A stretch of DNA of 63,077 nt, the filler included, from Collodictyon triciliatum (taxonomy: Eukaryota), in assembly GCA_043381765.1 (NCBI GenBank). It is 7 parts of 7 records of this genome, joined end to end, with 100 filler letters (N's around TTAATTAATTAA, not from the genome) between each part and the next. Parts side by side here need not be neighbours in the genome. Positions count along the whole stretch, not along the records: positions 43,357 to 54,080 come from JBHJMP010002577.1; positions 54,181 to 59,121 come from JBHJMP010002635.1; 5 more parts are not named here. One strand, 5' to 3'. The notes under the pieces are model-generated. The model ran no database searches. It was not told where the DNA came from and saw only the letters and a program-made list of their open reading frames with translations. Made by a program: the position numbers and the translations under genes. Below, piece by piece: positions 43,677 to 57,400 of the stretch (the stretch's first letter is position 1; each line of letters starts with the position of its first letter).

Positions 43677-46600
43677 TTATTCTGTTTTGATGACGAGATT
43701 GCGGTCGGCCCAACCGTAATCCGTTTTGAATGTGTCGAAGATGAGTTGCACCTCCTCGATACATTTTCTATGCACCTCCAAGACTTCCTCCTTTGTCGGG
43801 TTCTCCTTCTTGGGCACGGGGATAGGATTTCCCATTAAACCTTTCATACAAGGAGAGAGAAAGAAAGAGAGAAAGAGAAGAAAAAAAGAGCTAGTCATCT
43901 GACGTTTCCATAGCTCTTCGCACAGATGTTTACATGGCTCACACGAAAATGAAAATAAAGCAGAAGAAATGTGCTGATAGAGAGAGCTATTTTTCAAAGT
44001 AGAAAAGATGCAGATGACTCGAATAGCAGCTATGAAGATTTACCCCAGACAGGTATGCGTTTGGGCACTGGCAAAAACCAGCGTCCCCAAAAGAGTGTCA
44101 CAGATACTTGAAGTTTCCTTGAAATTCTGTCATTGTAAAGGGGTGTGAATATAAAATAGTGTAACATAAACGTAAGGCGTTTACACATCTTACAAGCATA
44201 TGAAAAAAAAAATACAACGTATTAGTCAGAAACGAATAGTCATGTCAATCTGGTAGCAAGGGATGAATGTATGAAACCGAAACCTTTGAAGAACTCCACC
44301 CTCATCAATGATGCACTTGAACAACTATTAACATTTTGTAAATACGTAAATTATGTTTTTTTAGGACAGCTTTCATTTACCTTCAAAACCAATCATTTAT
44401 CTTCAAGATTTTGAACAAATAAATGAGAGTTACATATTTTGGAATAACCCCTTGATTTTGCTGTTGTGTTTTCTTCAATTTGTCCTGAATAAGTCAATAC
44501 CTTTGTGTTTCCCATCAGATAACACGGTAATATTGTTGCTCCTGTTTCGAAGGCCAGGCGGACATAGCCCTTTGAAATGAATATATATATATGTTAAATC
44601 GAGGTGATATGAACAATAATAAAAATCTATGTACATTTATTTCAGTCGTGTGTTGGGGGCTGTGATAGTATAAACGCACGTACTGTTCGATTTAACCAGA
44701 TGACATCGTCCTTTTTGGCAGTCTCAAATAGCTCAGCAATACCTCCTGTCGACAATCCCAACGATTCACCTCTGTTAAGGTGCTATTATCATGAATAAAA
44801 TCAGTCCTTGCGTATTTGGAAGATGTCGTCATAAAAATATGCAAAACAAAAACAAAAGAGTTCAGCATATGTTGACCTAATGAACATGGCCTACTAGAAA
44901 AAAAAAGAAAAGGAAATATGAGAAGATATTTAAACTGCATTCTTGTTTCCCAACTCTTACCTTCTTCGCAATGTCGCGTGATGCATCCACTCCTCCCCAC
45001 CAGTTGACAAAGTTTCGAAGAATGGGAATTTTCAGAACAACGGACGCTATTTCGGATGGAAAAACAAGTCAAGTTGATATATGTAAGCCAATTACCGATC
45101 GATATGCTAGAATACAATACTCACCGACCATTCCATGGAAACTAAAGCCATACGCAACATACACAGATTGGATCGCGAGAAGATTTCCTATGCGATTGCA
45201 TATTACACCAGATACCGGAGTATGTGAGAGGCTTCATTTATTTGTAAAAAAAAAAAAAAAAAAATCGATACAAAGGGGTTATTATGTTCTACAATAGATG
45301 TGATGCAATCTTGATATGAAACGAATAAACGAACCAAGTGGAATGACGCCATGTGGTGGGGCCACAAATATGTATGATTTCTCTGAAATGGTGAAGCGGA
45401 CGATTTAATAATTTTTATAGTTGCATTTTTGAAGACGACGAGATAGTCCAAAATAACGTAAAATAGAGTTACTTGGGTCCAAGTCCTTGGCTGGAGATAT
45501 ACCCTTAAATGAAAAGTACTTGAACATCAAGACCCAGAGCTTTCGGTTGTTGATGCAGATTGGAGGGTTGTGATGTTTCAAAGGAATCTTAGACAAGGCC
45601 ACGGCCTAGGAAGTGAGGAAAGAAAAGAAAGATAGTAGTATTGATAAAGAATTTCTGAATTGTATGCTATTTTTAGGTTTCACTCGGTTGCTTGATACAT
45701 ACCCCTGCCATAACCAAGACAGCAAGGTACAAATGGTTGCGAAGATATAGAATGGATAGGACGAGGCCGACTGGAACATAAACATAACAGCCTATTTTGG
45801 GAATTTGAATTTCATCATTCAAACACCACAAAAGTAACTTTTCCACAAGTATATACGAGTGTATAAACAAAAACAAAAACAAAAACAAAAACAAAAACAA
45901 AAACAAAAACAAAAACGAAAACGAAAACAAAAACGAAAACAAAAACGAAAACAAAAACGAAAACAAAAACAAAAACAAAAAATAAACATTTCTTCTATGT
46001 AGCACAGTTGCTCCAACAGACCAGGAAATCCAAACAGGAATATCAAGACGCAGATAATTTCTTCAACAAGGGTGAGGGGCTCTTGCTTCCTCATAGATTC
46101 GGTTGGAAATTTATCTTTGCCTGGGCGATATATCATCGAATGCGTATCAAGCTAAATGATTCATGGCAATGGTCGGTCATTATAATCAGTGTCTGTTACA
46201 TGAGTCATGAAAGTAAACAACGCATAACAGAATACTCTTAGAAGGAGAAACAAAGGCGGTATTGACTATTAGTTTTGGTTAGTTAAGTGCGGTATGGTTC
46301 CTGTCATGATATTTGGTATACTCACACGTTCCTTGCGTTCTTTCGGGTCTGTGCCACCAATCGAATCATAGTAACCCAACTCTGCCCAATTGACGACTCG
46401 GTAGGCACGTTCTTCTGTGAATAAGCAGGGCTCAGTATCCTGTCCATTTATTTTTGCTTTGCTTAAATAGCTACATATTTGTATGGGAATAGAATATGCC
46501 AATTTGATAAAAGAGAAACTAAGAGAAACTAAGAGAAACAAAAACAAACAAAAAAACAAAAACAACAAAAACAACAAAAACAACAAAAACAACAAAAACA

Positions 46601-46710
46601 ACAAAAACAACAAAAACAACAAAAACAACAACAAATCGTGTTCGAAACAGACCGTCTTCAGAAGCTTCTTCAGAGGGCTTTGTGGGCTCCTTTTTCTCTG
46701 AACCACCCAT
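43677..46710 (-). CDS. DGAT2: Diacylglycerol/monoacylglycerol acyltransferase (DGAT2 family), multi-exon
   Basis: YIFVAPPHGVIP (HPHG variant), VLKIPILR, GIAELF, GYVRLAFETGATILPCY, FWGRWFLPVP, MGNPIPVPK. The 5' start at 46710 is tentative. Confidence 0.88.
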
Positions 46711-47409
46711 CAGCGCTTCCCTCTTTTTAGCGTCAAGCAAGGCCTGATTCCAGAAGTTGATTATAGTGAGTGGATATTGGCTTGCACAATTACAACACAA
46801 GGTCAACCAGTAGCAGAACTCTCGCAAGAAAAAATTATAGTCAGACATTTCAAATGTTTGATCCCAGGGGCACCAAGAGGCCAAAAGTGGCCTTTGAGCT
46901 GCCCATTCAAGTTTCCCCACGGTGCAAACTAAGGAACCAAAGCCGATCCACTCTTTTTCCCTACAGAGCGACTCCACTCCGACTATCTTAGGTCCTTTCT
47001 TCCAACCCTGCCATAGGGACTTTCGGCACGTATACAAAAGTAGTGTCTGGATCGACTCTGGTTGACTCTGATTCCATCCTTGTTGCTGTTGTGTGTGTGT
47101 GTGTGTGTTTGGCCCCGTCTTCTGTTTGCTGCCGAGCAGCAAGTCTGCTTCGATACTGAGTAGAAAGACTTGGCAGTTTGCTCCATGTCTGTTTATCTTC
47201 CTGTGGCTCTGTGTATTTCTGAGGCGCTCATCCAATGACGACACCACCCCATTCGCGCAGTGACGCACAAGGATTGTAATAGTATAAGTTCCACAATTGG
47301 ATTCCACACGCGGATAAATCCGTTGTCGCTCCATGCGACTGAAACCTGTTCAGAACGCACAACGCTTTTTCTTTTTTCAGTTTATTATCGCTATTACTGT
47401 TTCTGTTAC

Positions 47410-47517
<108 letters not shown>

Positions 47518-47914
47518 CTGTTTCGTTCTTCCTCTTCTGTGCAAGCACTGCGCTGTTGTGTTTGGTGATTGGGAGAGGAAGGCCCGACTCTGTACATCTT
47601 CGACTCGGAAACAGAGTGCGTCCTGTGCGGCTGACTCGTCTGGATTTGAAGGCAAATAGAAGTGTCTGCCATTCATTCCGTAGCAAAGTATCGAGCGGCT
47701 TAAAGAGCTGAGAAAGATATTAGCGACTTATGCAATACTTCAGCGATGGAAAGTGAAGTCAGGACACTGCTTTTAGCATTACATGATTGCTTTCATGTAT
47801 TGCTATTATTTTCCTCTTTTCATATTTTAATTTACTTTCTTTTCTTCTGGGCTTTGCCGCCCTGCTAGACTTGAAAATAGCAACGTCCTCAAAAGCGCCC
47901 CAAAGCCGTGCCCG

Positions 47915-50453
47915 ATGGAGTTTTCGATCTTGAACAGAGAAGCAGAGATGACCGAGAATTTATCAGTCGGCCCGAAACCTTCGGTGCCCCAGCAAGTGAC
48001 CCATGAGGATACCTTCTTCTCTTACCCAACAGTGTCTCCATCTATGAATCTTGCTAACCCTGGAACTGCAGCAAAGTACACACCCAAAGAACCCGCGCCG
48101 AACTCGAAGGATCCTCATGGCCTGGCTCGTTCTGTTTACGACTTGGCCAATGTGATTCCGGATGTGCGTCATCATCACCAGCGAACTCCGGTGGCTTCGA
48201 AATCAACACGCAGGCACAAAATAATGTTAGACACTGAATAGGCTAATACATGAAAATATCACGACACCTTCTTACTTTTCATCCCCAAACTCACATATTT
48301 ATGAATAGAATGATATTCTCATCGTAGATTCCTCGCATGAGCACTTGTTTTTGTTTTTGTTTTGTTTTTGTGATAGATTGATGCATCAATTAATTCCTCC
48401 ATTCAGATTATCCGCAAAAACAGCGCTTCATTCACCCCCACCTATGCTTCTTGATACAAAGCAAAGCCACACAACAAGCATAACACCAATCACACCGTCC
48501 GTCACATACGTTGCAAATCCTCGGTCTGTTGGTCTGCTACCCTTGCCCAACCCCACTAAATCTATTCCAACCGGATGCAATACATCTGCAGGCACCATTA
48601 CAAATGGTAATCCAACAATAAACAACACGTCAAATGCTTGCATAACTCCGGTCCAAGATATTATTGAGATGACGCCAACCGAATCAATTTACAAACTTGC
48701 TGATGAGACTAGTGAAGAAACGAAACGAATGAACGAAAGGATTCGTAATCTCATGAGAAGAACATATGCAAAGCTCGGTCGAATAGAACACTCGTCCAAA
48801 TACCTGGCCGGAACCAACGATAGCTATCATAATCAATCACACAGAAAATCCCTCAATTCTGTGGACGCAACAAAACTCTCAAAAGTACACCCACTATGTG
48901 AATTACTTAGCATCACATCACTGAAGGAAATTCAGGCTTTTCATCACACTGCAACCTCGCCATCGCCTCCCATTTTACCCGTTGCAGCCAATTCGTCACA
49001 AACATCACAGCCGACAAAACCTCTAGACGACGCAGATGACTGTACCGATAATTCGATCCATCCAAAATTATTCACAGAAACGCATGGCACTGGCACTAAT
49101 TCCGAACTAGTCCCAACCTGCGAGCTTCCCCCTTGCGACGTCCCAACTACGACACCAGATTTATCATACACATCAACCGCTCCTGCACAAACAGCTGATA
49201 TATGTTTGCCCAAAGAAATTGCGCCAAATAAAACACCAAAACGCCCCGATGCCGCTCGAAAAACGCGGCCGAAACAATCAGATACTTCATCCTCTAGGAG
49301 CACCACACCGTCTTTCACCCAACCAAACTCGGTCGGTATCTGTGGCTCAAACAGCCTACCATCGCTTCCAGACGTTACATCACCAACCCCAACGACATTG
49401 GCAAATACGCTAACACTACCTTCTATGACCTCTCAAGTAACGTCACCTGGGACTTCCACGAACCAAGCTGCTGTAGAGACATCAAAGAAAAACTCTCGGA
49501 ATCGGCCTTTTGTTGCAAATCTATACAACTCGCATGACCCCTTTGTCTACGTATTGGGCGGGCCTGTGCTCATCACAGCACCCCACGGGCTTCGCTTAAT
49601 TCGAGGAGGAGAAAATGGCGAGCGTCGCCGGATACATAAACGTGAAAGATGGGTTAACGAGCTTGTTCTTCGGATAGCGTCTAGGCTCTACCAGGAGTTT
49701 GGGATTGCACCGAGCTTTATGCTCTGGAATCTAAATACTGCACGAAAAGCCGATAATTCCAATCTCGATCCCAACTACCTTACACGATCTCAATTTATAC
49801 ACAGCCCGTGGCACCAAATGCTGGTACAGTTTCGCAAGAGATATCCACGAATGCCTGTCCTGCACATCGACATTCACGGGAAGATGGACCGTAAGGACAA
49901 CCTGGACTTGGACCTTGGAATGGAGCCTATGAATCAGTACTGGCCCCACAAGCAAGATATTGCCAGTGTTAGAGAAGCCCTGGCAGCCGGATTTCGAGAG
50001 GCTCTCCACGAATGCAGAAAACCCTATGTCATTTCCAATGGCGAATCAGATTCTATCAGCATGATATCTGCCGATGACCCACGCGTTTTTGGAGTGGAAG
50101 AAGACCCCCTTTTATGCGGCTATTGGGGACCAAACTCGTTCCACACCATGACGCACCAAGCGGTGGCCTTAGGGATTCCGTCAGCACAGCTTGAGATTCC
50201 TTACACCATGCGAGGTATGCTGTGCTCAAACTCAAGTATGCTGGGGAAGTTTGCCGACACAATTTACAAAGTATATGAGGGCGTCATTATTCCTGCGCAT
50301 GGCTCTGCCGCCATTGCGGACATGTTGGATTTCTCGAAAAGGACGACGATGGTATCTAACTGTCCTCAGCCGATGCAATATCTACCCTTGGTCCTGGAGA
50401 TGGCGCAAGACTTGGAAAACATCGATCGAACAACTTCCGAAAAGTGTATATGA
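47915..50453 (+). CDS. Protein with long S/T/P-rich N-terminus and a C-terminal N-formylglutamate amidohydrolase-like (Zn-hydrolase fold) domain
   Basis: About 2.1 kb open exon; VLITAPHG, RERW, DPN, LHIDIHG, DLDLG, AQLEIP motifs. First exon from 47915 is tentative. Confidence 0.65.
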
Positions 50454-51270
50454 CCGAAGAAAAATAACGTTTTGGTATCTCCTATTTTTCTTTTAAAAAA
50501 TAATAATATGAATAAGAAAAAAAAACATCGCTGATGGCTTCTTGCGATATCATACTTTCTTTTTATCAAAATTAAATAAGTTTCTGTTATGAATATTAGC
50601 TCTCTCTCTCTCTCTCCCTCCCTTTCTTTTGTTTTCCCTTTTTCTTCTTTTTTATTTAGCTTGTCATTTCTAGATATAAAAAAACCAAATATTCAAAGTC
50701 TCCCATAGTGCAGCCATAATTGTAGAGAACGAGCGCAAGCAACAAAGTAGCTGGGGAAATGAAACCACAGGGAAGAAGCCAGTCGCAGCAGATTGGTTAG
50801 ATGGGCATCCCAACCACATGATTGGCTATGCAATTGTAGCAGACACCGAATCTCTGACGAGTTGTTCCTCACGACACTCCCCCACATCACTCCTCGCTTG
50901 CGGTCAAGCAGGCAGGGAATGCCCACAGCGCCTCGACTTGTCCCGTCATATTATTACCGTACCTTCGCCCACAGCTTTTCTATTCTCGGCACCCCAACTA
51001 CGAAATCCGCACAACCAACCACGGGGATTCTGGCCGCGTTGGCAGGAGGACGCGGTGTTTGAAGCCGGCAGCGAGCGAACCTCTCCACAACCTTGGAGTT
51101 GATTCGTAGTTATCCTCTCAGGAAAGGAACGATAAAAAAATAGACAAAGCCGATCTTTGCCGGTTTTCTTTTTTCGTTTTTTTGTTATTTTTTCTTTTCT
51201 TTTCTTTTTTTCTTTTTCTTTTTCTTTTTCTTTTTCTTTTTCTTTTTCTTTTTCTTTTTCTTTTTCTTTT

Positions 51271-51306
<36 letters not shown>

Positions 51307-51707
51307 NNNNNNNNNNNNNNNNNNNNNNNNNNNNNNNNNNNNNNNNNNNNNNNNNNNNNNNNNNNNNNNNNNNNNNNNNNNNNNNNNNNNNNNNNNNNNN
51401 NNNNNNNNNNNNNNNNNNNNNNNNNNNNNNNNNNNNNNNNNNNNNNNNNNNNNNNNNNNNNNNNNNNNNNNNNNNNNNNNNNNNNNNNNNNNNNNNNNNN
51501 NNNNNNNNNNNNNNNNNNNNNNNNNNNNNNNNNNNNNNNNNNNNNNNNNNNNNNNNNNNNNTTTTTTCTCTTTTTTCTCTTTTTTCTCTTTTTTCTCTTT
51601 TTTCTCTTTTTTCTCTTTTTTCTCTTTTTTCTCTTTTTTCTCTTTTTTCTCTTTTTTTCTTTGATTTGGTTGACTTCAAGCTTAAACAAAAAGACAAGGA
51701 ACCACGG

Positions 51708-52425
51708 ATGGCCGAACAAGAGACTCCTCAACAAACATTTGGTGCAAAGTCTCGAGAGGGGAAGGATCTCGGAAATCTTGCTGCTGCAGTTGACGACGCT
51801 GTCCCCGAGGTGAAGGGAGAGGCCGCACAAATGGCCATAGCTGTAAGTACTGAATAGATGTTCCAATATCTCGTTTTATATCAAGGACTGTGCACTTTGA
51901 TAAAGTCAACCGGTACTTCTGCTCGCTATACTTTGCTAGGATTGACCGAAAATGATTCATAGGGACTTTCTGCATCACCTAGTGCTACCTCTGAAGACGC
52001 TTTGGCCAAGCAACGGTATATTTGACTGTTAGCTAATTCTTTCCTTTTTATATTTTTTTTGTTAGTTTTCTTCATTTATTTTTTAAAAATAAAAAAAGGA
52101 ACCGAAACTAAGAAAGAAACAAGTTTCAAAATATCAAAACGATAAAAAACAAGGGAAAATTGAATGAGGCTGGCCATTTTTAAATAACTTATACGTCAAA
52201 GTATTGAATGTGTAAGTCACTCGTTAATTTTTCTTCATTTCTCTCAAATATTCATGTAGCGAGCTTGAGCTTTCGCAGGTCACTGTAAAGGAACAGGACA
52301 TTGAATATATTGTTAGTGAGTTTGTGATTAGCAAAGATGTTGCCAAGCGAGCTCTGCAGCAAAACGGTGGAGAACTTAAGGCGGCGGTGCACTCACTCCT
52401 CCATAGTAAGGAATGGAAGTTTTAA
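51708..52425 (+). CDS. HYPK: Huntingtin-interacting protein K (HYPK, C-terminal UBA-like), three exons
   Basis: MAEQETPQ...; ELELSQVTVKEQDIEYIVSEFVISKDVAKRALQQNGGELKAAVHSLL resembles the HYPK C-terminus. Confidence 0.8.
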
Positions 52426-53983
52426 GATGAGTCCAAAAGCAGGGAAATATTTCAAATCCCCACAGATTCAGTCATGAATCATTAAAATAAAAACAAAGCA
52501 GCATGCGACTCATTTTTTTTTTTAATGAAGATAACCAGTGTCCATCCAGATGCACTCAAACAAGACCAGGGTTTGAAGAAGTTAGAAAAACCACACCAAT
52601 CCCATTTGTGTGATTTTATTCCATCCTTTTGTTTTCTGAAGCTTCTTAGACGTTCATTATATTCTGTTATCTGTAAAACTCACCTGAAAAGAGGGAGATG
52701 ATGTGTCTAATTTGCATTTTGGGACTATAAAAGGTGCTGTCATTCTCATTATTAGCACAGGACGATGTATTTGGTCCGTCATAGTTTCAGGATTCTTTCT
52801 CGCAAGTTTGGTCACTACTCCACCGCGTGAACAGAGATTTTGACCTTAACTTGAGTATCTTTCTCAGCTCGTTCACATATACACAGAAATATATTTGCGA
52901 CGAGTTGGTCGATAGAATGAAACTGGTAGCCCATTTGCAAATATAATTCGGGTATGAGTCAACCTTAATGATTTCATGTGATTAATAGCATCGTACCATA
53001 TGCACAGAGCTTCAACCCAGTCCCTGCAGTACAAAAGCTCGTAATATCACAAGTTTTGTGGGGAAAAAATCATTAGGCCCATTGATTTTTGTCTGTGGTT
53101 TCAAAGCTGTGGTTCATGCACAAGTTGCGTTAAGCCATACCAAAACCACAACGAATCAATCCTGGTCTTTAAGACATTCGCGTGCCTGTAGATTCCGTTT
53201 GATTTTTTTTTATCTGATTAAGTCTTTTGAATAAGCTGCATAAGTTTGGTATTACCGAGGTGGCGGTAGGAGGTAAAAGAGGGCCAGTCTAATATTCACT
53301 ATGATGGTGACATGATGCCGACTTCGTATTTTATCATCTCTCGGTTTTGGTTGGCAACTTCTTCTGTTAGCCAAATCTACCTGGGTTTTTGGTGTGGTTC
53401 TTTCCACCCTGACCCGATTTAAGAAATACTTTTTCCACAGAAAGGAACAGTGGCGGAAATACCTTGGCCAACACCGGCGCTCCCGGAACATCTACATGGG
53501 CCATATATAAGCATGAAATCTAATATGACTAACATTTACCTCTACAGTTTACCCATTAATCGGTTTTTGATAAATTTTATAGCTTATATAAATATAATCC
53601 GCATTTAGTAGTTCCGTGCGCCCCACAATCCAAAAACCACTTTGAAGCCGCGAACAAGGTAATGAGAATCGCAGTCTTGTGCGAAATGTGCTAAGGCTGA
53701 TGAGCTCACCCAGGAAGGCGACACTCTTACCCTGTTACTCGCGCCATGAGGCACCGTCTATCCGAATCTGAACATAATGGAGAGAACCCACACCACGCTC
53801 TGGGGTTGTTCTCTTGAGCTAATGAAAAATGAAAAAAGTAAAATGAAAAATTGACTATCGCAAATACACCAAAACACAAGGCGTTACGAGTTAGATCATC
53901 AACCCAGCAGCCATGGACAAGTTTGTTGGAGGCCTTTTCCGCACCAAACATAAGGTCTCTTTTTATCCCTTAATATTTTCCCC

Positions 53984-54078
<95 letters not shown>

Positions 54079-54211
54079 GTNNNNNNNNNNNNNNNNNNNN
54101 NNNNNNNNNNNNNNNNNNNNNNNNTTAATTAATTAANNNNNNNNNNNNNNNNNNNNNNNNNNNNNNNNNNNNNNNNNNNNGCGCTGTGTTCCGCTAGTAT
54201 ATATGTGTATA

Positions 54212-54308
<97 letters not shown>

Positions 54309-54493
54309 GTTTATGTTTATGTTTATGTTTATGTTTATGTGTATGAGTATGTGTATGTGTGATATATATTTCACATGATTTAATGTGGAGGTTGAACATT
54401 TCAATGAGAGTATTGAGAGTAAATATTTAGTCATAAAATACTGTTTATCGCCATGATTATATATATATATATATATTTACACAAACCATACAG

Positions 54494-57400
54494 GTCGAAT
54501 CATCACAGAGTATGATTAGAATTGTTGGACTATCAGCCACGCTGCCCAACTATCAAAATGTAGCCACATTTTTAAGGTTTGGCTTACACGTTGGCATGAT
54601 TACTTAACAGTAGCTATATTATGTTACATTACCAAATAGGTCACTAGAAATATATCTATTAACCACTATATTTATTTCTTAATTTTGTAGAGTAAACCAT
54701 TCAACAGGTCTCTTCCACTTTGACAACAGTTACAGACCAGTTCCACTTCACCAGCAGTTTATCGGTGTCAAAGAACAGAATTATATGAAGTATATATTCT
54801 TAAATTGTTTTTTTATTATTATTATTATCATTAATATCGCTTTGATAATTTGGGCTATTGCTTATCTTTATGTCATAGAGCTGTCAGTGTTATGAATGAG
54901 ATTTGCTACGATAAGGTGAGATTCATATTTAATATGCAAATACTGTTTATCAATAAACAAACATACTTCAAGGTATCGTCTGATAGCGAATAATTGATTG
55001 ATACAGATGATTGAAAGTTTGAGGCAAGGAAACCAAGTGATGGTATTTGTCCATTCTCGCAAGGACACTGGCAATGTTGCACGCATTTTACGCGAACTAG
55101 CCCAGAAAAAAGGACATACAAGTAATTTAGGCGAATATGATTATGAAATTTGATTGTCAGATATATACTTAGGAAAAGTGATAAATATTAGTTGTATGTG
55201 AAATGAAAATGACTGACAGCCCAATATCAAACGCCCTCTTATATTGTCCAAATTTGTAAAAAATTATTAATTAAAAAACACACAAAATTCTACCAATATT
55301 TTGATTGTATGACAACACACAGGCTCTCTTGACTCATCTGCTGACCCTCGGTATCGATTTGCTCAAAAAGATATGGAAAAATCTAGAAACAAGGAATTGA
55401 GAGGTATGTTCTGATTTATTCTATGTATTTTTTTTATCATTCAATTATTTTGTTGGATTCAAAATAAAGGGTGATTGTTGCATGTGCATAGAATAAATAA
55501 GGCCCTCTTCATCATTTATGTAAAGAATGGTTATTTCAATACCAAAGATTATAATTGGGGTTCTGATTTTTCCGAATCCTCTTGCCTCGTCAACCTAGAA
55601 TTGTTTGATGGCGGCTTTGCAATTCACCACGCTGGAATGCTCCGATCAGACAGAAATATTGTTGAGCGATTCTTTTCTGAGGGATTAATAAAGGTAATGT
55701 TGTGAGCATCATCCCATAAGCAATCTTCCATAATTGATTCCTTTTTTTCTTCTTCTTTGGGAGTAGTAAATCGAAGTGGAAAAGGATAAGAATAGTGCCT
55801 AACAGTATCCCTAATGTGTCTAAATAATGAGCAATTTTTACGGCCGCCTGCAAGTTACAATAATTATAATAAAAAATTGACCATTGAAAACTTGCATCAG
55901 GTTCTCTGCTGTACGGCGACTTTAGCTTGGGGTGTCAATTTGCCAGTTCACACAGTAATTATTCGCGGAACCAAACTCTACAATCCGCAACAGGGCGGTT
56001 TTACCGAGCTTGGAGTTCTTGATGTCATGCAAATATTTGGGTTAGTTACTTTTCGAATATTTGTTTATTTTTATTTCTCTTTTTCTTCTTCTTTTTGTTC
56101 GCATATAATTAAAGGTGCTAAAAATAGCTGAGAAAAAAAAACATGCCTCGTGTAGTCGAGCTGGTCGTCCTCAGTTTGACACAAGCGGTGAAGGAATCAT
56201 TATCACAACCTACGACAAATTAAGTCACTACCTGTCCTTAATGAACCATCAAATGCCGATTGAGAGCAAAGTAACAATGTCTTTTTTTTCCAAATGCTAA
56301 TTATCATTTTTGCGTGCGGCCTAAAGACCAATAGGCGATTCTATCCTTTACTCAATTTTAACATCTCCACTATCCTGCACAAAATTGAAAGGAAGAATAA
56401 AAAAAATCCTTTACTCAATTTTTTTTATTGTGATTATTCTAGTTTGGGTCTCATTTAGAGGATAACTTGAATGCCGAAATTGTGCTTGGGACGGTCGGGA
56501 ACATCAGTGAAGCAGTCGAATGGCTCTCGTACACATACTTTTACGTCAGAATGCTCAAGAATCCTTTGGTTTATGGAATCTCAGCGCAGGAGAAAGTAGC
56601 CTCGTTCTATATTATCTTTGTCTAATCCTTCCTCTCAATCTCCCCAAAAATTATCCATCAATTCAATCCTTTGATTCGGCAATCAATACAATGTAATTAA
56701 TGCTTTTGATACCATTATGAATTTCTTACATAAACATTTATGTATATAGGAATCCGACTATGATTTGTCCAATCGACGAGCTGACCTAATCAAATCTGCA
56801 GCTATTAAGCTTGATAAATGTCAAATGATAAGATACAATCCAAAGTATGCATGCATAATGCGACCCTTGCGAGTTCCATTTTATTTCGCTTTTTTTTTAA
56901 AAAATAAAATAAAAAATAGATACTAGATATTTATAGTTCACAGGTAATAAATAATCTCATTCAGAACCGGAAGTTTCGGTGTGACTGACTTGGGAAGAAT
57001 TGCGAGTCATTATTACGTTGATTACCTAACCGTACAAAAGTATGGTCTTTCTCTTCTTTTTTTTTTTTCTGAAACGCTTTCCAATCACTTATTTATATGT
57101 TTCTGATTGGATTGGTACTCTAAACGAGGTATTAATTTGTAAACTATAAAGGTTTAACGAACTTTTGAAGCCCAACATGACTGAAGAAGACATCCTTTAC
57201 GCTTTATCTCAGGCTCATGAATATGAAAATATTAAATGTATGTACCTTACGTTCACACATATCCACATTTTGATCAAGAACAACGTATCATACTTCATTC
57301 AAAACGATTAGTACGCGAGGACGAAATGGACGAGCTCGTGGGTCTCGAAGCCGCGTGTCGCTACGCACCCAGGGGTGGAGCAGAAAACGAGCATGGAAAA

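Noticed and set aside
53346-53415. GU-rich hairpins, possible ncRNA
   Set aside because: Weak stems, single copy, no family motif recognised.
53913-53954. Short first exon MDKFVGGLFRTKHK as the ASCC3 start
   Set aside because: Lies on a different contig and cannot be assigned.
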